Positions 18,338 to 25,469 of a stretch of 64,000 nt of DNA are shown one piece after another. This DNA comes from an uncultured Verrucomicrobiota bacterium (lineage in GTDB: Bacteria > Verrucomicrobiota > Verrucomicrobiia > Limisphaerales > J093). The notes below the pieces were generated by a model. That model searched no databases. It had not been told where the DNA came from and worked only from the letters and a program-made list of their open reading frames with translations. How positions within the stretch are numbered: position 1 is the first letter of the stretch; each line of letters starts with the position of its first letter. The DNA lies in the NCBI GenBank assembly GCA_964535555.1, contig CAZHUS010000006.1, positions 9,458 to 73,457 of the forward strand, read 5' to 3'. The position numbers and the translations under genes were made by a program.

Positions 18338-20839
18338 ATGAAACCGACCCGCAACCCGGCGCTGCCGCCTGGCACTGTCCACCCGGGTGACATTCGCACC
18401 GGCCTCACTCCCCAAGCCATCGCCGCGGCTTTTTGCGACAACCTGTTCTATATCCAGGGGCGCTTTCCCGCCGTCGCCACACCGAACGACCTTTACATGG
18501 CCCTGGCGTTCACGGTCCGGGACCGGATGTTGCATCGGTGGCTGCGGACCGCGGAGACGTACTTCGAAAAGGCGAGTCGGACGGTTTGTTATCTCTCGGC
18601 GGAGTTCCTGCTCGGGCCGCAACTCGCTCACAACCTCACCAGCCTGGGAATCCTCGAGCAGACGCGCGTCGCCATGGACTCGCTGAGCATCCGCCTGGAC
18701 GACCTCTTCGAGCACGAGGAGGAGCCTGGGCTGGGCAATGGCGGGCTGGGGCGACTGGCTGCGTGCTACCTGGATTCGCTCGCCACGCTGGAGATCCCGA
18801 GCATCGGTTACGGGATCCGCTACGAGTTCGGCATTTTCGATCAGGAAATCCGGGATGGCTGGCAGGTGGAGGTAGCCGACCGGTGGCTCCGGCTGGGCAA
18901 CCCGTGGGAGATCCCACGTCCCGAGATCGAGTTCCTGGTGAAGTTCGGAGGCCACACCGAGCCCGAGACCCACAGCGGCCGCTACCGGGTGCGGTGGGTC
19001 CCGGCCCAGGTCGTGCGGGGGACCGCCTTCGATACCCCGGTGTTGGGCTATGGCGTGGCCACCGCCAACATGCTGCGGCTCTGGAAGGCGGAGGCGACCG
19101 ATTCGTTTGATTTTCAGGCGTTCAACCTGGGCGAGTACTACAAGGCGGTGCTGCAGAAGGTGGTCTCCGAGAACATCACGAAGGTGCTCTACCCGAACGA
19201 CGACTCCCCCCAGGGCAAGCAACTCCGGCTCCAGCAACAGTATTTCTTCGCGTCCTGTGCCCTGCAGGACATGATCCGACTTCACACGCAGAAGGGCGCG
19301 CCCCTCACCCGGTTTCACGAGAAGTACGCCGTCCAGCTCAATGACACCCATCCGGCCATCGCGGTGGTGGAGTTGATGCGCCTGCTCGTGGATGAGCACG
19401 GGATGGAATGGGACCCCGCCTGGGGCATCACCCAGCGGACCTTTGGGTACACGAACCACACCCTGCTCCCGGAGGCGCTCGAGCGGTGGAGCGTCCCGCT
19501 GTTCGCCGCCTTGCTGCCCCGTCATCTCGAGCTGATCTACGAGATCAACCGCCGCTTCCTCGACGAGGTTCGCGTCCGATTCCCCGGCGACGAAGGTCGC
19601 GTCCAGCGGCTCTCACTGATCGACGAGTCCGGCTCCCGTGCCGTGCGCATGGCCAACCTGGCGAGCCTAGGCAGTCACGCCATCAACGGCGTGGCCGCCC
19701 TGCACACCGATCTCCTCAAGCGCGGGGTGTTGAAGGACTTCTACGACTTCGCGCCGGCGAAGTTCAGCAACAAGACGAACGGGGTGACGCCCCGCCGCTT
19801 TCTGCTGCTGAGCAATCCGGCGTTGGCGGAATTGTTGAACCGCACCATCGGTACGGCCTGGGTTCGGGATCTGGAGGAACTGCGCAAGCTCGAAGCTCAC
19901 GCCGAGGATCCGCTGTTCCGCGAGACCTGGCGGCGGGTCAAGCGCCAGAACAAGGTCCGCCTCGCGGAGTTCCTGCTCGCCCACACGGGCGTTCAGGCCG
20001 ACCCGGACTCGCTGTTCGACATCCAGGTCAAACGTCTTCACGAGTACAAGCGGCAGCACCTGAACCTGCTGCACATCATTGCCCTCTCGAACCGCATGCG
20101 TCGCGATCCGGCGCTCGCGGTCCCGCCCCGCACCTTCATCTTTGGTGGCAAGGCGGCCCCGGGCTACTACATGGCGAAGCTCATCATCCGTTTGATCCAC
20201 GCCGTGGCCGACAAGATCAACCGGGACCCGGCCCTCGACGGGCGGCTGCGCGTGCTCTTCCTTCCAGACTTCAACGTGAAGAACGCCCAACGAGTGTACC
20301 CGGCGGCCGATGTCTCGGAGCAGATCTCGACGGCGGGCAAGGAGGCGTCGGGCACTGGCAACATGAAGTTCGCGCTGAACGGCGCTTTGACCATTGGCAC
20401 CATGGACGGCGCCAACGTCGAGATTCGCGAACAGGTCGGCGACGAGAACTTCTTTCTGTTCGGTCTGTCCGCCACGGAAGTCCAGGAACTCAAGGGGCGA
20501 GGCTACCGCCCGCTGGACTATTACGAGCGGGACGGCGCGCTGCGCGAGGTGCTCGACCAGATTGCGGGCGGCGAATTCGCGCCTGCCGACCGGAACTTGT
20601 TTTTGCCGCTCGTGGACGCGTTGCGGTATCACGATGAATACGTCCTGCTGGCGGACTTTGCTTCCTACGTCGAATGCCAGGAGCGGTTGGGCCAGGCCTA
20701 CCGCGACCGCGAGGGCTGGACCCGGAAGTCCATCCTGAACGTCGCGCGCATGGGCTACTTCTCCTCCGATCGGGCCATCCGGGAGTATTGCGAGGAGATC
20801 TGGCAGGTGAAGCGGGAGCCCATCCGGCTCGACGCGTAA
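18338..20839 (+). CDS. glgP: Glycogen/maltodextrin phosphorylase
   Basis: 833 aa. EEPGLGNGGLGRLAAC, NDTHPA and the PLP-site context EASGTGNMKF are GT35 phosphorylase hallmarks. Confidence 0.95.
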   Translation: MKPTRNPALPPGTVHPGDIRTGLTPQAIAAAFCDNLFYIQGRFPAVATPNDLYMALAFTVRDRMLHRWLRTAETYFEKASRTVCYLSAEFLLGPQLAHNLTSLGILEQTRVAMDSLSIRLDDLFEHEEEPGLGNGGLGRLAACYLDSLATLEIPSIGYGIRYEFGIFDQEIRDGWQVEVADRWLRLGNPWEIPRPEIEFLVKFGGHTEPETHSGRYRVRWVPAQVVRGTAFDTPVLGYGVATANMLRLWKAEATDSFDFQAFNLGEYYKAVLQKVVSENITKVLYPNDDSPQGKQLRLQQQYFFASCALQDMIRLHTQKGAPLTRFHEKYAVQLNDTHPAIAVVELMRLLVDEHGMEWDPAWGITQRTFGYTNHTLLPEALERWSVPLFAALLPRHLELIYEINRRFLDEVRVRFPGDEGRVQRLSLIDESGSRAVRMANLASLGSHAINGVAALHTDLLKRGVLKDFYDFAPAKFSNKTNGVTPRRFLLLSNPALAELLNRTIGTAWVRDLEELRKLEAHAEDPLFRETWRRVKRQNKVRLAEFLLAHTGVQADPDSLFDIQVKRLHEYKRQHLNLLHIIALSNRMRRDPALAVPPRTFIFGGKAAPGYYMAKLIIRLIHAVADKINRDPALDGRLRVLFLPDFNVKNAQRVYPAADVSEQISTAGKEASGTGNMKFALNGALTIGTMDGANVEIREQVGDENFFLFGLSATEVQELKGRGYRPLDYYERDGALREVLDQIAGGEFAPADRNLFLPLVDALRYHDEYVLLADFASYVECQERLGQAYRDREGWTRKSILNVARMGYFSSDRAIREYCEEIWQVKREPIRLDA

Positions 20840-20840
20840 G

Positions 20841-21647
20841 TCAGGGGAACCACGCCAGCACCCCGTCGCGTTGTTGCGGCCGGTCGGCCGCGAAATCCCA
20901 GTAAACGGTGTTGCGAAACCGCGCGGCGCGGCCATCCAGAAAAAGGAACTGGGCGCCACCCAGGTGGAGGTTGGTATGCACATAACTCCACGAACCGACG
21001 GCGGGCAGGTTTTTGGAGTCGAACAGCCACACCAACGAGGACGGCTGCGGCATCGCAGACAGGCGGACGGGTTGGTTGTCTTCCCCGGTGCCGTTGATGT
21101 TCTCGTTGAGGCAATAGTGAAAGAGGTTCCGGCCGTTGCTCCGGCGCGGGTTCGCGGCACAGAGCCACACTGATCGATGGGGACGGGCCATGGCGTTGGT
21201 CCGCCACGGCATGTCATGGTAGCGCGGGAGGCCCAGGACAGCGGGCAGCTGGATGTACCAACCGACGTTGGTGGCGCTGTCGGCCGGGTTGGGGGTTCCT
21301 TCCGGCGGGAGATAATCTCCGTGATCCGTGGCGTACAATTGGGTGGCGAGACCCCACTGACGGAGGTTATTCAGGCAGAGGACGCCGTGGGCACGAGCTT
21401 TCGCACGCGTGAGCCCGGGCAGGAGCAGGCTGGCGAGCACGGACATGACCGAGACCACCACGAGGAGCTCGAGCAAAGTGAAGCCTCGGCCCTGCGCGAA
21501 CGCTGTCCCTGTTGATCGTCGGGTCCGACCTCCGAGGGGCGCCCGGTCAGGTCTGGCGGGCAGATGGCTTGCCCGGGAGGGAGCGCCGAAACCGGACGGG
21601 ATTGGGCCTTGATGACGGTCGGAGTGTGGGGCGGCACGGGTTGGCAT
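20841..21647 (-). CDS. Prepilin-type N-terminal cleavage/methylation domain protein, DUF1559-like
   Basis: GRGFTLLELLVVVSVMSVLASLLLP motif. The C-terminus has a HxxxxxxxxxDG-like LHLGGAQFLFLDG. The only canonical in-frame start upstream of the motif is ATG 21647, which gives a 55-aa leader. Confidence 0.7.
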   Translation of the reverse strand: MPTRAAPHSDRHQGPIPSGFGAPSRASHLPARPDRAPLGGRTRRSTGTAFAQGRGFTLLELLVVVSVMSVLASLLLPGLTRAKARAHGVLCLNNLRQWGLATQLYATDHGDYLPPEGTPNPADSATNVGWYIQLPAVLGLPRYHDMPWRTNAMARPHRSVWLCAANPRRSNGRNLFHYCLNENINGTGEDNQPVRLSAMPQPSSLVWLFDSKNLPAVGSWSYVHTNLHLGGAQFLFLDGRAARFRNTVYWDFAADRPQQRDGVLAWFP

Positions 21648-21795
21648 CACCCGACACGTTGCGCTTCGGGCGCCGCGCGGCCAAGACCACTTCCAGGCAA
21701 AGCGCGGGAAGATCCGGCGGAGGTTTCGCCGACCCACCGGACGGGGTGCCTTGCGTCCCCAACTGGCGGAAGTACGCTGAGGACGGACCCGGAAT

Positions 21796-22944
21796 ATGAT
21801 GGATCTGAACCAACAGGAGAGGCTGCGGTACGCCCGGCATCTGCAACTCCCGGAAGTCGGCGTGGCCGGGCAGCAACGCCTGCGCGAGGCGCGGGTTCTG
21901 TGTGTGGGCGCGGGGGGGTTGGGGTCGCCGGTGGCGATGTACCTCGCGGCGGCCGGTGTCGGCCACCTGGGCATTGTGGATTTCGACGCGGTGGAGTTGT
22001 CGAACCTGCAGCGTCAGTTGCTCCACGGCACCAGCCGGCTGGGCCAACGGAAGACGGCTTCCGCGAGCACCACGCTTCGCGACCTGAATCCCGAAATCGA
22101 AGTGATCGACCACGAGCTGCGCCTCGACGCGGGCAACGCGATGGCACTGCTCGCCGGCTACGAACTGGTGGTGGACGGAACAGACAACTTTCCCACGCGC
22201 TACCTCGTCAATGACGCGTGCGTGCTCCTGCGAAAGCCGCTGGTGTACGGCTCGATCTTCCGCTGGGAAGGCCAGGCCAGTCTCTTTGCGCCCCACCTGG
22301 GAGGGCCATGCTATCGGTGTCTCTTCCCGGAGCCACCCGCGGCCGGGACCGTTCCCAACTGCGCCGAGGGCGGCGTTTTGGGGGTCCTGCCCGGCGTCAT
22401 CGGCTGCATTCAGGCGACGGAGGCCCTGAAGCTCCTGCTGGGCCAGGGCCGCTCGCTGCTGGGCCGGTTCCTCTTATTTGACGCCCTGGCGATGGAGTTC
22501 AGGGAACTTCGGTTGCGACGTGATCCGTCGTGCCCGATCTGTGGCGAGCGTCCCACCATTCAGCGACTCGAGCAGTCCGCGGGTGCGTGTGCCGCCAGCT
22601 CTCCTCCAGCTATGGGCGCGGACCCTCGCGAGGTGAGCGTTCATGAGATGAAACGCGCGCTGGACGAGCCCGGGTTGGGCATCACGGTGGTGGATGTACG
22701 GGAGCCGGAGGAGTGGGAGATGGCCCGCGTGCCGGGGGTGCAGTCGTTACCGCTGTCGAGGCTTGCCGAGCGTTGGACCGAGCTCGACCCGTCACGTCCC
22801 TACTACTTGCACTGCAAGGCGGGGGCCCGCTCGTTGCGGGCGGTTGAGTTCCTCGAACAACGGGGATTCCGGCAGGTCAAAAGCGTGCGGGGAGGCTTGA
22901 TGGACTGGGCGGCGACGATTGACCCGGAGATGCTGTTGTACTGA
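21796..22944 (+). CDS. moeB: ThiF/MoeB-type adenylyltransferase with C-terminal rhodanese domain (MoeZ-like)
   Basis: RYARHLQLPEVG, GAGGLGSP nucleotide loop, CYRCLFP...C..GGVLG, CPICG, then a rhodanese-like tail with YYLHCKAGARS. Confidence 0.85.
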   Translation: MMDLNQQERLRYARHLQLPEVGVAGQQRLREARVLCVGAGGLGSPVAMYLAAAGVGHLGIVDFDAVELSNLQRQLLHGTSRLGQRKTASASTTLRDLNPEIEVIDHELRLDAGNAMALLAGYELVVDGTDNFPTRYLVNDACVLLRKPLVYGSIFRWEGQASLFAPHLGGPCYRCLFPEPPAAGTVPNCAEGGVLGVLPGVIGCIQATEALKLLLGQGRSLLGRFLLFDALAMEFRELRLRRDPSCPICGERPTIQRLEQSAGACAASSPPAMGADPREVSVHEMKRALDEPGLGITVVDVREPEEWEMARVPGVQSLPLSRLAERWTELDPSRPYYLHCKAGARSLRAVEFLEQRGFRQVKSVRGGLMDWAATIDPEMLLY

Positions 22945-22996
22945 TGAGCCGCATTGATGGATTGCAGGCAGCCAAGAGCCCTGTCATCCTTGCGCC

Positions 22997-24112
22997 GTGG
23001 TCATTCGAGTTTTCATCCTGGAAGCGCATTCCATCACCCGAGCGGGACTGCGAGCTCACTTGGAGATAGCCTCGGATATCGATGTCAGTGGTGAGGCCTC
23101 TGACCTCCAGGTCGGCCTGAGGGTGGTGAACAACTCCAAGCCGGGTGTCGTGCTGGTCGGCGCCAGCCTCTACCGGCAGGAAGGGGATCAACTCATCCGG
23201 CGCCTGCTCGACATCACGCCCCAGCCGGCGGTGCTCATCCTTGCCGACCAGGAAGACGCATGGTCCGCCGAGCGCGCCCTTCGTGCCGGGGCGTTGGGGT
23301 ATGTCTCCAACCGCATTGAGGCCCCGGCCCTGGCGGCCGCCATCCGCCAGGTCTCCCGACAGCAAGTCGTGGTCAGCTCCGAGATCAAGGACGCCCTGCT
23401 GCGGCGCCTTACCGGGAGCACCTCCGCCACGCCCAAGGATCCCGCTCAACTCCTGTCCGAGCGCGAGATGGAGATCTTCGTTCTGACGGGGAAGGGGCTC
23501 GAGGCCAAGGAAATTGCCGCCCAGCTTTCCATCAGCCCGCGGACGGTGGACGTGCACCGGGCCAACATCCGGAACAAACTCGGCATCCAGGGTGCGCACG
23601 AGCTGATGCGCTACGCGATGCTCTGGGAGCAGCACCAGCAGGAACTCGAGCGCCTGCGCGCCTTTGGACGCAAGGCGAGTCCCTTGCTGCTGGTCGAAGA
23701 TGACGAGGTGGACATCCTGAGCGTGGACCGCGCGCTCCAGGAACTCGGGGCGGAAGCCAAGCTGGTCGTGGCCCGCACCGCCGAGGAGGCGCTCACGTAT
23801 TTGCGGAATCCAGGCAATACCCGGCCGGGATTGGTGCTCCTGGACATCAAGATGCCCGGCATGAACGGACGCGAGTTCCTGGTCGAGGTGCGCAAGGATC
23901 CGTCCCTGCGCAGTTTGCCCGTCGTGGTGTTGACCGCCTCCCAGCTGGACGAGGACAAGCTCGGCATGCACTCCCTCGGCATCACGGGTTACTTGACCAA
24001 GCCGTCGAATTCCGCGGAGTTCGTCCAACGCCTCGGCTTGCTGGCGCAGTACTGGGGTGTCAACGAACCGCCGCCCGCCCTTCCGCTCAAGGGCACGCCC
24101 GGGCGCGGTTGA
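22997..24112 (+). CDS. Atypical regulator: pseudo-receiver, LuxR-type HTH, canonical receiver
   Basis: The N-terminal NarL-like fold lacks the acidic pocket, phospho-Asp and Lys (FILEAH, VLVGASL, GYVSN). HTH is LSEREMEIFVL...AAQLSISPRTVDVHRANIRNKL. The C-terminal REC keeps VEDDE, LLDIKMPGMNG, VVVLTAS and LTKP. GTG start. Confidence 0.8.
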   Translation: MVIRVFILEAHSITRAGLRAHLEIASDIDVSGEASDLQVGLRVVNNSKPGVVLVGASLYRQEGDQLIRRLLDITPQPAVLILADQEDAWSAERALRAGALGYVSNRIEAPALAAAIRQVSRQQVVVSSEIKDALLRRLTGSTSATPKDPAQLLSEREMEIFVLTGKGLEAKEIAAQLSISPRTVDVHRANIRNKLGIQGAHELMRYAMLWEQHQQELERLRAFGRKASPLLLVEDDEVDILSVDRALQELGAEAKLVVARTAEEALTYLRNPGNTRPGLVLLDIKMPGMNGREFLVEVRKDPSLRSLPVVVLTASQLDEDKLGMHSLGITGYLTKPSNSAEFVQRLGLLAQYWGVNEPPPALPLKGTPGRG

Positions 24113-24206
24113 CGCGGATTCCAGACCTCGGCCCGGCGCAAGCACGCCCCTCCGGAGCGGACCGCGCCGCACCCGCCGACGGCGCCGGGGGGACGATCTC
24201 AGGGGT

Positions 24207-25469
24207 TCATCCCCCCGAGAGCAGCCGTTCCCAAAGCCGTTCGTTGGTCATCGCCCGCACCAGGAATTCCTCGCTCTCGACCTGGGGAGAGGTGCTGCTC
24301 GGACGCAGCGGAAAGCTGAGCGCAAGGCAGCTCCCTTCCGTGCCCTGGTTCAGGAAGTGAACGCGTCCACCGTGGTGGTAGACGATGAAGTAACAGGCCA
24401 TCAGGTTGAGTCCGAGGTCCACCGCCCGGTCGCTGCGTGCCACCAGCGGGTCGAGGACGGACAGCACGGCGTCCGGCGGCAGACCGGGGCCGCTTTGCCT
24501 GACCTGCACCTCGACCTCGCCCTCCCCGTTTCCTTCGCCGGGTTTCGACAAGGCCGCGATGCGGACCTCGGGGCTGGGAGGCGAGCTGTGAAGGGCGTCG
24601 CGCAGGAGCAGTTCGAAGAGCTTCGTGAACCGGGCTCCGTCGACGTGCAAGGTCGGGAGGTCGACCGGGACTTCGTTGGCGACCCGGACCCCGCGCTGCT
24701 CGAGTTCGGGCCCCAGCTTCTGCAGGGTATCCTCGAGAACCGCGCGTAGCTGCACTTCGGTGTCGAAGCGGAAGGGCAGACCCGACGACGGCGTGAGGTC
24801 GTCCAGCAGACCAAACACCGTTTTTACCTGGGTCTGAACGTGCCGGTGGAACTGCTGCCAGAAGTCCGGATTGCGCAGCTGTTCCATGTCGACGTTCTCC
24901 CGCTGCAACATCTCGGGCGCGAGATCCAGGAATTTGTGAACCGCGCCCAGGGTGTTGCGGAGGCGGTTACCCAACCCCGCGGCCAGCACGCCCAGGCTGA
25001 GGACCCGGTCGGCGATCAACATGCGGTGAAGACTCGAGAGCTTCTCGCGGAGGAGCAGGTCCCGCTCCATCTGGACGATGAAAAACTCGAGGCTGCGCTT
25101 GAGCGTCATCTCGAGTCCGCGCAGGTCCCAGGGTTTGGTGACGTATTTGTAGATCGCGCCCGCGTTGACGGCGGCGATGGCGGCGTCCAGGTCGGTGTAA
25201 GCGGTGGCGAGAATCCGGATGATGCGCGGTTGCAGGCGGCGGGAACGCTCGAGGAACTGCACCCCCTGTTCACCCGGCATCCGCTGGTCGCTCATCACCA
25301 CGCCGATTTCGTCCTGGCAGTCCTGGAGGATCTGGAACCCCTCGGCGGCATTCGGGGCGGTGTACACCCGGAACGTATTCGCGAAGGCCTTGGCGAAGTA
25401 CTTCAAGGACTTCTCCTCGTCATCCACGTAGAGAATCGCAAAACGCTTGTAGTCGTAGATTGAGTTCAT
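24207..25469 (-). CDS. Response regulator with degenerate histidine-kinase-like output domain
   Basis: REC domain (ILYVDDE, VVMSDQRMPG, KPWD). The C-terminal HATPase_c-like region has degraded boxes (no His in AAGLGNRLRNTLG, LLLRDAL instead of the N box, QSGPGLP instead of DxGxG). Its start overlaps the stop of the upstream kinase gene (ATGA). Confidence 0.75.
   Translation of the reverse strand: MNSIYDYKRFAILYVDDEEKSLKYFAKAFANTFRVYTAPNAAEGFQILQDCQDEIGVVMSDQRMPGEQGVQFLERSRRLQPRIIRILATAYTDLDAAIAAVNAGAIYKYVTKPWDLRGLEMTLKRSLEFFIVQMERDLLLREKLSSLHRMLIADRVLSLGVLAAGLGNRLRNTLGAVHKFLDLAPEMLQRENVDMEQLRNPDFWQQFHRHVQTQVKTVFGLLDDLTPSSGLPFRFDTEVQLRAVLEDTLQKLGPELEQRGVRVANEVPVDLPTLHVDGARFTKLFELLLRDALHSSPPSPEVRIAALSKPGEGNGEGEVEVQVRQSGPGLPPDAVLSVLDPLVARSDRAVDLGLNLMACYFIVYHHGGRVHFLNQGTEGSCLALSFPLRPSSTSPQVESEEFLVRAMTNERLWERLLSGG

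Noticed and set aside
20841-21974. The 377-aa version of the DUF1559/prepilin gene, starting at 21974.
   Set aside because: The extra 109 codons are Arg/Cys/Trp-rich nonsense-like sequence that runs into the moeB promoter region. ATG 21647 was retained, although its leader is still unusually long.
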